In this document: positions 9,411 to 19,771 of the stretch, piece by piece
Layout: the number at the start of each line of letters is the position of its first letter
Numbering within the stretch: position 1 is the stretch's first letter
From: Chloroflexota bacterium
Lineage (GTDB): Bacteria; Chloroflexota; UBA11872; VXOZ01
Assembly (NCBI GenBank): GCA_963663275.1
Contig: OY760183.1
Location: 1,248,001-1,312,000, forward strand
DNA length: 64,000 nucleotides
Direction: 5' to 3'
The notes under the pieces: generated by a model
The model's input: the letters and a program-made list of their open reading frames with translations, nothing else
The model's database searches: none
Told to the model about the DNA's origin: nothing
Made by a program: the position numbers and the translations under genes

Positions 9411-12400
9411 ATGGGCAGACTTGTAACCATAGCTATACTTGGCTTAGTGGTGTCGCTAAGTGCAGCTGGACTGGTGTCTTGCGGTCCGCCGCCACGATCC
9501 ATAGATCATGTGCACGGTCCCAATACGCCGGTCAGGCCGACGCCTTCTCCCATCCCTGATCTGTCTGCAAACCTCCTATGGCACTACAAACTTAGTATTC
9601 AGATATTTGCACGGTTATATACAGCGCCGGCCGTAGCTGATGGCGTGGCCTATGTTGGATCGAATGACGGTCAAGTCTTTGCGCTTGATGCCGATACTGG
9701 TGAAATGCGTTGGCGGTCCCTCGTTAGCGATGGGCCGCTCAGTTCCCCGGTGGTGGCAAACGGCTTGGTCTTCATTTTGTCGTCTGGCAATCGTCTGCAA
9801 GCGCTCGACGCCAAGACCGGCAAATTGCTTTGGCGCCAGTGGTTCCATAAGGGAGTACATTCCACGCCGGCGGTGGCTGACGGGGTAGTCTATATTGGCT
9901 CTCGTGAACACTGGGTGTACTCGCTTGATGCTGCTACCGGTGAACTGCGCTGGGCGCATGAAACGGGCGGAACTGTGAATTCCACCCCGGCACTGCATGA
10001 CGGCGTTGTATATATCGGCTCAGATGACCACCGCATCTATGCGCTCGACACTGTTACCGGCGAAGAGCGGTGGCACTTCCTGACTCGGGGTGTTGTGGAT
10101 TCCTCTCCAGCGGTGGCAGACGGCAGGGTGTTCGCCAGTTCAAGAGACGGCTATGTGTATGCACTTGCCGCCGCGACCGGAGAAGTCCTTTGGCAATTTG
10201 AGACCAAGGACGAAGCATATTCGTCCCCAGTCGTAGGGACTGGAGCGGTTTTCGTTGGTTCTGGTGATGGGTTTCTGTATGCCTTGAGTATAGATTCCGG
10301 CGAACCTCTCTGGCGCTTCAAGACAGAAGGTATTAACTACACTGTAGCGGTAGCTGAAGGAGTGGTTTATGCTGGCTCACCTGGAAGATTCTACGCACTG
10401 GATGCCATCAGTGGCGACGTACGCTGGAACATAGAGGTCGATGCATCGCCTTTCGTCGCCCCGGTAGTAGAGGACGGCAAAGTCTATTTCGAAACTTCCG
10501 ACGGTCATGTTAACGCCCTGGATGCCGCCACTGGCGAACCGCTCTGGCGCTTTCTCTTGGGGGGTGTCATGCCGTGTTTGCCGAAAGAGGACGACAGCGT
10601 GCTCTTCATCAAGTCGGGTGGCAATCACATTTACGCGCTGGCTGCCGAGACCGGAGGATTGTATTGGCTCTTTCGTACCGGCGGTGAAGTGTGGACCAAC
10701 TCACAAGCGGTTAACGGCGCGTATTATGCCACTTCCCAATTCGGTTATGTGTACGCATTTGATGCAAGAACCGGCGAGTTGCGCTGGCGCTTTCGAACTG
10801 GTGGTGAAATAAGGGCATCGCCGGCAGTAGCGGGCGACACAGTCTATGCCACGTCTCTGGATGGCTTCGTCTACGCGCTCGCTGTCGCTAACGGCGAACT
10901 CCTGTGGAAGTCGCAGACTGGAGGGGAAGTTTGGTCTACTCCGGTAGTCGGGGATGGCGTAGTCTCCGTTGTCTCTCACGATGGCTACGCGTACGGTCTT
11001 GATGCCGAAAGCGGAGAACAGCGCTGGCGTATAGAGAGCGGGTACTTCGTCGAGGCTTCTCCAACGATGGTTGGCGGTGTGGTCTACGTGGGTTCGGATG
11101 ATGGACATCTTTATGCACTGGACGCCGCCAGCGGCGAACTGTTGTGGCGCTATCAGACCGCTGGGGAAGCGCAGGGATCTCCTCTCATGACTTGGGGCGT
11201 CGTGTATGTAGGCGCCGACGACGGCTACTTGTATGCCTTGGATGCCGAAGACGGTAGGCTGCTTTGGCGCTCCCAGATCGGCGACTTTGTCTTCCATGCT
11301 CCGGTCAGGATTGGCGATGCGATTTTTGCGGCATCGGAAGCCGGCTATGTCTACGTCCTGGTTGCCGAGAGTGGTGAGCTGGTGGGGAGATTTAGCATCG
11401 ATGGTGCGCCGCAGGGCTCGCCAATCAAAGGAGACGGGAAGATCTACGTAAGTTCGCAGAACGGCGCCGTCTACGCGCTTGCCAGCTCAGGCGCAGCATC
11501 TCGGTCAGTGAGAGATGAGCCCGTACAGACAGTACTAAACAAACCTTGCAGCGGAGTATTGCGCTGGCGTGCCCAATTTGACGGTTCTGTCAACTCCCCT
11601 CCGGCAGTGACTGACGATGTCGTCTACATTTTGTCTACAAATGGCGTTCATGCCTTTGATGTTGGTTCTGGCGACCCGCGGTGGAACTACGAGTTTGATG
11701 ATTCCGTGCGGTCTTCTCTAGCATTTGCCGACGGAGTAACCTATGTCGGCTCGCAATCTGGCCAGGTCTACGCTCTTTCCGTCGAGACTGGTAAGCTTCT
11801 TTGGGAGGCGTCGATTTTAGGGAGCACGTATTACTTTTCGCCGGCCGTTGCCGATGGAGTGGTCTACATCAGCACAGATGGCGGTTACTTCTACGCACTT
11901 GACGCCAGAACTGGCGGGCAACTCTGGCGCAGTAAGGTTTCGCAAGACGTGCGCTATTCCCCGGTCGTGGCTGGCGACACAGTTTATTATGTCTCCTATA
12001 GTCATGTTCTCGCGCTGTCTACCAGCACCGGTGGCGTGCGTTGGCTAAAGCAAACTAACACGGCATTGGGGTCGTCGCCTGTGGTATCCCATGGTGTTGT
12101 CTACGTTGGCGCGCGGGACGGCCGTGTCTTGGCGCTGGACGCCAGCACTGGAGAACTGCGCTCGAGTGTAGAGACAGACGATTCTCCGCAGCCACGTCAG
12201 GGCCTGTCAGATGGAACAGCCTTAGACTACGCACATTATGGCGGATTCTTCTCTCTGGATAACGTCGCCGAGGGGGTCTTGTATACCAGCTCATCGGATG
12301 GTTATGTTCGCGCGTTGGATGCCGCCACCGGCGAACTGCTTTGGCGCCGTTTCATGTTCGCCAGGGTTTCCGCTACCCCAACCGTTGCTGGCGGCGCCAT

Positions 12401-12593
12401 CTACGTCAATACTCTGAATGGTCACATCTACGCGCTGGATACTGCAACCGGTGATCTACTTTGGCGTTACAGGACACAACGCGGGGCAGTTTATTCCCCA
12501 ACGCTAGCCGGTGGAGTGGTCTACGCTTCCACATGGGGTGATTACAGATATGGTGACTACATCTACTCGCTGAAGGCCCGCCCTAGTGAGTGA
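9411..12593 (+). CDS. PQQ-like beta-propeller repeat lipoprotein (about 24 repeats)
   Basis: Hydrophobic signal ending LVSC; about 40-aa repeats SPAVADGVVYVGS.DG.VYALDA.TGELLW. Confidence 0.92.
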   Translation: MGRLVTIAILGLVVSLSAAGLVSCGPPPRSIDHVHGPNTPVRPTPSPIPDLSANLLWHYKLSIQIFARLYTAPAVADGVAYVGSNDGQVFALDADTGEMRWRSLVSDGPLSSPVVANGLVFILSSGNRLQALDAKTGKLLWRQWFHKGVHSTPAVADGVVYIGSREHWVYSLDAATGELRWAHETGGTVNSTPALHDGVVYIGSDDHRIYALDTVTGEERWHFLTRGVVDSSPAVADGRVFASSRDGYVYALAAATGEVLWQFETKDEAYSSPVVGTGAVFVGSGDGFLYALSIDSGEPLWRFKTEGINYTVAVAEGVVYAGSPGRFYALDAISGDVRWNIEVDASPFVAPVVEDGKVYFETSDGHVNALDAATGEPLWRFLLGGVMPCLPKEDDSVLFIKSGGNHIYALAAETGGLYWLFRTGGEVWTNSQAVNGAYYATSQFGYVYAFDARTGELRWRFRTGGEIRASPAVAGDTVYATSLDGFVYALAVANGELLWKSQTGGEVWSTPVVGDGVVSVVSHDGYAYGLDAESGEQRWRIESGYFVEASPTMVGGVVYVGSDDGHLYALDAASGELLWRYQTAGEAQGSPLMTWGVVYVGADDGYLYALDAEDGRLLWRSQIGDFVFHAPVRIGDAIFAASEAGYVYVLVAESGELVGRFSIDGAPQGSPIKGDGKIYVSSQNGAVYALASSGAASRSVRDEPVQTVLNKPCSGVLRWRAQFDGSVNSPPAVTDDVVYILSTNGVHAFDVGSGDPRWNYEFDDSVRSSLAFADGVTYVGSQSGQVYALSVETGKLLWEASILGSTYYFSPAVADGVVYISTDGGYFYALDARTGGQLWRSKVSQDVRYSPVVAGDTVYYVSYSHVLALSTSTGGVRWLKQTNTALGSSPVVSHGVVYVGARDGRVLALDASTGELRSSVETDDSPQPRQGLSDGTALDYAHYGGFFSLDNVAEGVLYTSSSDGYVRALDAATGELLWRRFMFARVSATPTVAGGAIYVNTLNGHIYALDTATGDLLWRYRTQRGAVYSPTLAGGVVYASTWGDYRYGDYIYSLKARPSE

Positions 12594-12767
12594 TGCGCCG
12601 AACGCAGCAAAGACCGTGAACTGGCCGTCCTTGATCTAGGGGAAGATCATGGGTCTGAGTGCTTTTCGTTGCGATCATTGCACATGAGGCTTACTGTGAT
12701 CCAGTCTACTGAGCGGTGCAAGTGATTCTTCGCTCTGTGGTGAAGTTTCAGGATGCTGTGATCCTAA

Positions 12768-12986
12768 AGCGATGAGGTGTGATCTTCTCCGGCAGTGGCT
12801 GGAGGCGTGGTCTATGCGGGCTCAGATGATGGCAATCTCTACGCCTAGATGCCGCCCCATGGGGAACTGCTGTGGCGTTATTTGACACATGGCGAAGTTT
12901 GGGGCTCTCCGTCGGTGACTGGCGGCATCGTCTCCGCAGGCTCGGATGATGGGCACGTCTACGCGCTGCTAGCCTCTGAATGTTGA
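12768..12986 (+). pseudogene. Decayed PQQ-repeat fragment
   Basis: Translates SDEV*SSPAVAGGVVYAGSDDGNLYA*MPPHGELLWRYLTHGEVWGSPSVTGGIVSAGSDDGHVYALLASEC*. Confidence 0.85.
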
Positions 12987-13075
12987 AGCTCACTGTACCT
13001 ATGGCTCAGTCCAAGAGTTGCGGACAGCGTCGTGCGGAACGCATTAGCAGAGCAGAATCGGAACAGACCTGCAAG

Positions 13076-14098
13076 CTACGCCTTGTAGCAGGCGACTTCT
13101 TGTTCCTGGCCTTTGTGTTCCAGGGGTGGGTGGTCGTTGGTTTGGCAGAAGTCGTCGGCTTGGGGGCAGCGGGGGTAGAAGCGGCATTGGGGTGGGGGAT
13201 TGACCAAGGTGGCCACGCCGCCTTTGATGCTGACCGGCGGGCGCGCGACCGTCGGGTCGGGGATGGGCACCGCTGAGAGCAGGGCCTGGGTATAGGGGTG
13301 TTGCGGGCGGCGCAAGATTTCCTCCGTATCGCCGATTTCGACGATCTTGCCCAGGTACATCACGGCGATGCGGCTGCACATGTAGCGCGCCACCGCCAGG
13401 TCGTGGGTAATGTAGAGGTAGCCGATGCCCAAGCCGGCGGCCAGGTCCGCCATCAGGCGCATCACGCCGGTGCGCACGGAGACGTCCAGCATGGAGGTCG
13501 GCTCGTCGGCGACGACGAACGACGGTTCGACGATAAGCGCCCGGGCGATAGCGACGCGCTGGCGCTGACCGCCGGAGAGTTCGTGGGGGAAGCGGAAGAG
13601 GAAGGCGCGGGGCGGCGTCAGGCCCACCAGCGCCAGCATCTCCGATACCCGGTCCAGGCGATCCGCCAGGGTGCCGATCTGCTGCACCCGCAACGGCTCG
13701 GCAATGGTGTCGAAGATCGTGCGCCGGGGGTTCATGGATTCGTAGGGGTCCTGGAAGATCATCTGGGCGTGGCGTCGGAAGTCTTTGAGGGGCTGGCCGC
13801 GCAGGGTGGCGATGTCCGTGGGTTCGCCCGCGCCGTCGTCGAAGATGACCTGTCCGTCCGTGGGGTCTATCAGGCGCACCAGCATCTTGCCGGTGGTGGT
13901 CTTGCCGCAGCCGGATTCGCCCACCAGCCCCAGGCTTTCGCCTCTGCCCAGGGTGAAGTTGACGTCGTCCACGGCGTGGATGAAGCGCCGGTTGCGCCGG
14001 AAGCGCGAGGTGGCGGCGGGGAAATGCTTGCGCAGGCCTTCCACCCGCAACAGCGGGCGCGCATCGGCGGAGGCTGCCGCATTAGCCGACTCGCTCAT
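13076..14098 (-). CDS. Oligopeptide/dipeptide ABC ATPase (OppF/DppF-like)
   Basis: GESGCGKTT, ELSGGQRQR, ADEPTSMLD, HPYT, C-terminal Cys cluster. Confidence 0.95.
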   Translation of the reverse strand: MSESANAAASADARPLLRVEGLRKHFPAATSRFRRNRRFIHAVDDVNFTLGRGESLGLVGESGCGKTTTGKMLVRLIDPTDGQVIFDDGAGEPTDIATLRGQPLKDFRRHAQMIFQDPYESMNPRRTIFDTIAEPLRVQQIGTLADRLDRVSEMLALVGLTPPRAFLFRFPHELSGGQRQRVAIARALIVEPSFVVADEPTSMLDVSVRTGVMRLMADLAAGLGIGYLYITHDLAVARYMCSRIAVMYLGKIVEIGDTEEILRRPQHPYTQALLSAVPIPDPTVARPPVSIKGGVATLVNPPPQCRFYPRCPQADDFCQTNDHPPLEHKGQEQEVACYKA

Positions 14099-14138
14099 GG
14101 CCTTCTTTCCCTTTCGACTTCACTCGTTCTACGCTTAC

Positions 14139-14253
14139 ACCCTCACCCCGGCCCTCTCCCTCAGGGAGAGGGGGCTTTTGCCGCCTGCCGGCGCGGGCCC
14201 CATCATCATACGACTTCACCCTCACCCCGGCCCTCTCCCTCAGGGAGAGGGGG
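14139..14253. repeat. Two ccctcaccccggccctctccctcagggagagggg REP copies
   Basis: Identical hairpin units near 14139 and 14218, between the two ABC ATPase genes. Confidence 0.85.
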
Positions 14254-14287
14254 TCTTGCCGTCTGACGCATTGATCTGGAAACGGCG

Positions 14288-15253
14288 CTAGTCCTCCGGT
14301 GGGTTCCAGCAGTCGGCCCAGTGGGCGCCTTGGCGCACGGTGGGCGGTTCCTGTTCGGCGCAGACGTCGGTCGCGTGGGGACAGCGGGGATGGAAGCGGC
14401 AGCCGGTCGGCAGTTCCAGCGGGTTTGGCGGCTCGCCGCCAAGGGTTGCCAGTTCGTGCTTCTCGCCGGTCACGCTGGGAAACGCCGACATCAAGGCGCG
14501 AGTGTACGGGTGAATCGGGCGCGTAAAGACCTCCTCCGCCGTGCCGTACTCCACGATCTTGCCCGCGTACATCACCGCCACCACGTCGCTCACCTCGGCA
14601 ATCACGGCCATATCGTGGGAGATGTAGAGCATGCTCATGTTCAGTTCCGCGCGGATGTTTTGCAGTTCGCGCAGGATGTGGTCTTGCACGATCACGTCCA
14701 GAGCCGTGGTCGGCTCGTCGGCGATGATCAGGTCCGGCTCGCAGGCCAGGGCCATGGCGATGATGGCGCGCTGCTTCATGCCGCCGCTGTATTCGTGCGG
14801 GTAGCGTGGAATGAAGCTGTGAGAGAGATTGACCAGGTCGTAGAGCGCGTGAACGCGCTCGACCATCTCCGGCCGCGAGGAATTGACGTGCTGTTCCAGC
14901 GCCTCGATGATCTGGTCGCCGACGCGGTACACCGGGTCCAGCGCGTTCATGGCGGATTGGAAGACCATGGCGATGCGGTCCCAGCGGTACTTGCGCATCT
15001 CTTCATCGGAGAGCGCAACCAGGTCCACGCCGTTCAGCAGGATCTTGCCGCCGAGAATGCGGGCGTTTTCCGGCTGGAGCCGCAGCAGGGCCAGCGCCAG
15101 GGACGACTTGCCGCAGCCGGATTCCCCCACCAGCCCCAGCGATTGCCCTCTTTCCAGGGCGAGCGAAACGCCGTCCACGGCGCAGACTTCACCGGCCCGC
15201 GTGTTGTAGTGCAGGGTGAGGTCTTCCACGGCCAGCAGGGAGGAGGTGCTCAT
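14288..15253 (-). CDS. Oligopeptide/dipeptide ABC ATPase (OppD/DppD-like)
   Basis: GESGCGKSS, YPHEYSGGMKQR, ADEPTTALD. Confidence 0.95.
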   Translation of the reverse strand: MSTSSLLAVEDLTLHYNTRAGEVCAVDGVSLALERGQSLGLVGESGCGKSSLALALLRLQPENARILGGKILLNGVDLVALSDEEMRKYRWDRIAMVFQSAMNALDPVYRVGDQIIEALEQHVNSSRPEMVERVHALYDLVNLSHSFIPRYPHEYSGGMKQRAIIAMALACEPDLIIADEPTTALDVIVQDHILRELQNIRAELNMSMLYISHDMAVIAEVSDVVAVMYAGKIVEYGTAEEVFTRPIHPYTRALMSAFPSVTGEKHELATLGGEPPNPLELPTGCRFHPRCPHATDVCAEQEPPTVRQGAHWADCWNPPED

Positions 15254-16200
15254 AAGCGCCGCAGCCTCGGGTTGACGATCTCATCCATCGCCCGCCCCAC
15301 CAGGTAGAACGAGGTGCAGAGCAGCGTGATGGAGAGGCTGGCCGGGAAGATGAGCCACCAGTACGCGCCCACTTGCAGCAGGTAGCCCGCCGCCTCAGTG
15401 GTGTGGATCATCAGACCCCAACTCATGCGCACGTCCAACAAGCCCAGGAAGCTCAAGACCGCTTCCGAGAAGATCGCGCCGGTGACGGTGAACATCATGT
15501 AGAGGAACGAGAGCGGCAGCAGGTTGGGGACGATGTGGATGAAGATGATGTGCGCCGGGCCGCCGCCCGCGGCGCGCGCCGCCTCGATATATGGCTTGAC
15601 AACCACGGAAAGCGCCTGTGACTTCAAAAGAATACTGGCGCCGCCGAAGCCGGAGAGAATGCCGATGATGAGCGCCAACTCCAGGTGTTCCACCCCGATC
15701 AGCGCGCTCAGGACGATGAGGATGCTAATGCCCGGCATCATGACCATGAGGTCGGCAAAGCGCATCAATATCGTGTCGATAACGCCGCCGTAGTACGCCG
15801 CGATCGCGCCGACGGTGGTGCCAATGGTGACAGTCACAATAGCGGCCAGCAGACCGAGCAAGAACTCCGTGCGGGTGCTGTACATGAGTTGGCTGAGGAT
15901 GTCCCGGCCCAGGGGGTCGGTGCCGAGCAGGTGGCTGCGGCTGGGCGGCGCGGGCTGGCGGGTCTCGTCGAACGCGTAACCGACAACGGGGTCGTAGATG
16001 CGTTCGTCCCAAACGGTGTTCATGAGTATGGGATGGGCAAGGGCAAGCACCAGATAGAAGATGATGATTACGAGGCCGATGATGCCGATGCGCGTGCCGA
16101 GGAAGAGCGACCAGTTCTCCCGCAGGCTCCGCATGGCCAGGCTGAGCCGCACTTTCCTGAGTGAGGGCGCGGCCTTTTGGGGGGCAACGTCTACAGCCAC
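15250..16200 (-). CDS. Peptide ABC permease (OppC/DppC-like)
   Basis: HLLGTDPLGRD, EAA loop YIEAARAAG, hydrophobic helices. Confidence 0.95.
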   Translation of the reverse strand: MAVDVAPQKAAPSLRKVRLSLAMRSLRENWSLFLGTRIGIIGLVIIIFYLVLALAHPILMNTVWDERIYDPVVGYAFDETRQPAPPSRSHLLGTDPLGRDILSQLMYSTRTEFLLGLLAAIVTVTIGTTVGAIAAYYGGVIDTILMRFADLMVMMPGISILIVLSALIGVEHLELALIIGILSGFGGASILLKSQALSVVVKPYIEAARAAGGGPAHIIFIHIVPNLLPLSFLYMMFTVTGAIFSEAVLSFLGLLDVRMSWGLMIHTTEAAGYLLQVGAYWWLIFPASLSITLLCTSFYLVGRAMDEIVNPRLRRL

Positions 16201-17348
16201 TAGTACCTGATCCTTGGATCCAGGAAGACATAAATCACGTCCACCGCCAAATGGGCGAGCAGGACGAAAATGCCGACGAAGACGAACGCGCCGACCGCCA
16301 GCGGTAGGTCTTCCGCTACGGCCGCCGAGACCAGCGTCTGCCCCATGCCGGGCCAGGAGAAGACCGACTCGATGATGACGCCGCCGTCCACGGCAAACGC
16401 CAGGCTGAAGACGAGGCTGGTGACCACCGGCAGCAAGGCGTTCCGCGCCACGTGCTTATCGCGCACGGCTTTTTCCGGCAGGCCCTTGGCCCGGGCCGCC
16501 AGCACAAAGTCCTCGCGCATGGTCTCCAACATGCTGTTGCGCGTGAGCAGCATGGTGCCGGCAAAGCTGATGAGAGTGAGCGTAAACACCGGCAGTATCA
16601 TGTGGCCGATGATGTCCCAGGCCAGATGGCCGTAGCCGGTTGCCCACCAAATGCCGACCATCGCGGCCACCGCGACGATAATGCTGCCAAGCTGGATGAA
16701 GCGCGCGCCGGCCATGCGCCGCCGGGTCGTGATGAGAAAGACGGCGAACACGACGATCGAGAGCGCCAGCGCGGTGAGCATCATGCGCCCAAACAATGTG
16801 TTCGCCTCGATTGGGGCGTCCCGCCATAGCACCGGGTCGAGGAACTTGCCGATGGGGAACCACCCGGCTTTGAAAGCAAAGAGCCAGATCATCATGAGGG
16901 CGAACCACGGCGTGAACACCGTGTAGAGCGTCACGCCGCCCAGGGTGGTGGCGTACTCGGTCCAGCCACCGCGCTTCCAGGCGATGATCTTGCCGAGCAG
17001 GAAACCCAGATAGAAGGAAAACACCGTGGCGGTAAAGAAGAGCGCCACGGTGCGCGGCAGGCGCTCGGCAATCACGTCGGCCACGGTGCGGGGATAGTGG
17101 GTGAACGAAACGCCAAGGCTGCCGGTGAAGATGTTCCGGACGTAGACGAGAAACTGCTTCCAGAGCGGCTCGTCCAAACCAAACTGGCTTTGCAGCCGCT
17201 CACGGGCGTCCGGCGGCAACTCGGGATTCATGGCGTAGACGTTGCTGATGTCGCCCGGCTGCGCGTTGACCAGGAAGAAGACGATGCAGATGAAGGCGAA
17301 GAGCGTGACCAGAATCTGAAGCGTTCTGCTGAGCAGATAGGTAGCCAT
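16200..17348 (-). CDS. Peptide ABC permease (OppB/DppB-like)
   Basis: FGLDEPLWKQF, ARAKGL, ESVFSWPGMG; start MATYLLSR. Confidence 0.95.
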   Translation of the reverse strand: MATYLLSRTLQILVTLFAFICIVFFLVNAQPGDISNVYAMNPELPPDARERLQSQFGLDEPLWKQFLVYVRNIFTGSLGVSFTHYPRTVADVIAERLPRTVALFFTATVFSFYLGFLLGKIIAWKRGGWTEYATTLGGVTLYTVFTPWFALMMIWLFAFKAGWFPIGKFLDPVLWRDAPIEANTLFGRMMLTALALSIVVFAVFLITTRRRMAGARFIQLGSIIVAVAAMVGIWWATGYGHLAWDIIGHMILPVFTLTLISFAGTMLLTRNSMLETMREDFVLAARAKGLPEKAVRDKHVARNALLPVVTSLVFSLAFAVDGGVIIESVFSWPGMGQTLVSAAVAEDLPLAVGAFVFVGIFVLLAHLAVDVIYVFLDPRIRY

Positions 17349-17657
17349 CCGCGGTCGCCACTCCAATGTGAATTTGCTATTGCGCCCCATTATTCACGTT
17401 ACGGGCAGTGGCGTCAAACCCGCGCCGGGCGCGGAGGGGTACGGGCGCCAGGCAAACGGGGGCAGAGAGGCGAGACGTGCGCGGATGCGGCACGACGCGC
17501 AAACGCGGCAGGGGCGCGAGACGCGCGTGCGCGCGTCCCGGATACGCAAACGTGGTAGGGGCACGACATGTCGTGCCCCTACCACGTTGCGGTAATCGCA
17601 ATTGCTGCGCGTCTTACGCCACTGCGTGCGCCATTGCGCGCGCCGTTGCGGACGTCG

Positions 17658-19634
17658 TTACTTCACCTGCACCGCCGTCTGCATTCCGCCCACGCCTTCC
17701 AATCCGCCGAGGACCTCGGTGTACGGGAACTCGACGCTGGCCGGCCGGTAGGAATCCAGCTTCGGAATAGTGAAGAGCGTCACGTAGGGCAGATCTTCGG
17801 CAAGGAAGTTCTGCAATTGGAACACCTTGTCGCGCGCGCCCTCGATGGTCGTCTCGGAGAGCAGGCTGAACGAGATGTCGTCGAACTCCGGATTGGCGTA
17901 GCCGCCCCAGTTATAGCCGCCCTCGTTCTCCGGCGCGTGGCGACTGTTGAAGAAGACCTCCAGGTAGTCCGGGAAGAGGCTCAGGCTCCAACCCAGGATC
18001 CACATGTCCAGATCTTCTTGCACGGTATCGCTGAACAGCACGCCCACGATGACGTTGAAGCCGGTGAGGTTGGCCCGCACCGGAATGCCGACGTCGTTCA
18101 ACCAGCGCTCGATCCAGATGGCGAACGTGGCGCGCAGCGGGTCGTAGCCCGCGCTCGGCGCGATGATCGTCAGCGCCGGCACGTCCGAGCCGTCGGGCAG
18201 CTTGAGGCCCTTGCCGGCCTTGGCGACGAAGTTGCCGTCCTCGCTGATCTCCGGCTCTTCCTCATAGGTGAAGCCGGCGCTCTTGAGCAATTCCACGGCC
18301 TGCTGCAGCCGCTCGCCCCGGCTCAGGTTCGCGCCGAGGCTGGGCGTGTCGGCGTTGAACCACGCCGCGTTGCCGGACGGCACCATGGAGTACGCCGGAA
18401 TGGCTGCGCCTTGCAGCACGGTCTGGGTGACGAACTCCTTGTCGATCATGATCGCCACCGCTTGCCGGAACTCGCGGATATTCATAGGCTCCTTGCGCAC
18501 GTTGAAGCCCAGGTAGAACATGCCGTTGTCCAGGTTGGTGACGATTTCCAGGTCGCCCGCCGCCTGGATGCGCTCCCGAAAGCCTTTCTCCAGGCCCAAG
18601 GGGTTGAAGACGTAGTCGATGTCGCCCTTGGTCAGGGCCAGGATGGCGGCGTCCTGGTTGCCGTAGATGCTGAAGAGCGCGGAATCCACGTGGGGGCCGA
18701 CCGTATACTCCAGTTCCTTGTCACCGCCGGGCTCGCCGAAGTAGGTGGCGGTGTAGCCCAGCCGCTCGTTCTGTTCCTGCAACGTGCCGCTGGCGTACCG
18801 CGTGATGACGGAGCCGGTGGCGTAGTAGTTGTCGGCCCGCTCGTTCTCGAGGAACGCGCCCGCCTCCCACTTAGCGAACACGAAGCCGCCCAGGGTGGGA
18901 TCGTTCTCGGGCACGTGCGCCATCAGCGCCTCGATCTGCGCCTCGGCGTCACCGGCCTTCTTGGCCTCTTCAACCACGGGGGCCCAGTAGTGCTCCGGCA
19001 GGATCGGCATGAAGGCCAGGCCGAATTGCCAGACGCTCAGGCCGGGCGTCTGCGGGTTGCCCTCGTCGTCGTTGGCCTTGAAGAAGATCTTGATGCGATG
19101 GCTGTCGATGGCCTCGATGCGGTCGAGGAAGGCGGAGTCCACCGCGGCGCCAAAGTTGCCGCTGATGCCCATTTCGAGCACGGTGTGCGCGGTGAAGATC
19201 ACGTCATCCGCCGTGAGTTCCTCGCCGTCGCTCCACATGATGCCCGCTCTGATTGGCACCTCGGTCGTCCAGTACTCGGTACCGTCAACCGTTTCCTTCG
19301 TCAAGTCCGTGGGGAAGTCGGCCGCCAGACTGGGAATCCACTCGAACGTCTGGTCGGAGTAGCCGTAGAGCCCCCCGGTATAGCCGCTCAGGACGTACTG
19401 CGTCCACACGGAGCCGCCGGCGCCGCCGTAGTAATTCCAGAAGTTGCGCGTAATCGGCTCCTCGAAGATGCCCATGCGGTAGACGGACGGACCGGCCGGC
19501 TCCGCCGGGGCTTCTACCTCTTCCTCCACCGGGGCCTCGGGCGCGGCCGGCGGCTCCTGGGCGCACGACGCCAGCGCCGCCGCGGCCAAGATAGCGACCA
19601 GGAAGACGGCCGCTCTCATCCACAATGACTTCAT
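17658..19634 (-). CDS. Peptide ABC substrate-binding lipoprotein (family 5)
   Basis: Lipobox LASC, WSDGEELTADDVIFT; aggaggag RBS. Confidence 0.93.
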   Translation of the reverse strand: MKSLWMRAAVFLVAILAAAALASCAQEPPAAPEAPVEEEVEAPAEPAGPSVYRMGIFEEPITRNFWNYYGGAGGSVWTQYVLSGYTGGLYGYSDQTFEWIPSLAADFPTDLTKETVDGTEYWTTEVPIRAGIMWSDGEELTADDVIFTAHTVLEMGISGNFGAAVDSAFLDRIEAIDSHRIKIFFKANDDEGNPQTPGLSVWQFGLAFMPILPEHYWAPVVEEAKKAGDAEAQIEALMAHVPENDPTLGGFVFAKWEAGAFLENERADNYYATGSVITRYASGTLQEQNERLGYTATYFGEPGGDKELEYTVGPHVDSALFSIYGNQDAAILALTKGDIDYVFNPLGLEKGFRERIQAAGDLEIVTNLDNGMFYLGFNVRKEPMNIREFRQAVAIMIDKEFVTQTVLQGAAIPAYSMVPSGNAAWFNADTPSLGANLSRGERLQQAVELLKSAGFTYEEEPEISEDGNFVAKAGKGLKLPDGSDVPALTIIAPSAGYDPLRATFAIWIERWLNDVGIPVRANLTGFNVIVGVLFSDTVQEDLDMWILGWSLSLFPDYLEVFFNSRHAPENEGGYNWGGYANPEFDDISFSLLSETTIEGARDKVFQLQNFLAEDLPYVTLFTIPKLDSYRPASVEFPYTEVLGGLEGVGGMQTAVQVK

Positions 19635-19771
19635 CACCGTATCTCCTCCTTCTCTACCACTATTCTGCCGGCAGCGCCCGTGCCGCCCCGTGCCGGGCGG
19701 CAAACGCCTTGCTTGGGAACTACCGCCGCAACGCGTACCACGCTCTAAGTGTACACGCTCCGCCACACCCG

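Noticed and set aside
12768-12986. DGR template repeat, or Sec/Pyl recoding of the in-frame TGA/TAG
   Set aside because: No reverse transcriptase is present and I saw no near-identical partner repeat. The stops are explained by TGG>TGA and by an indel pair.
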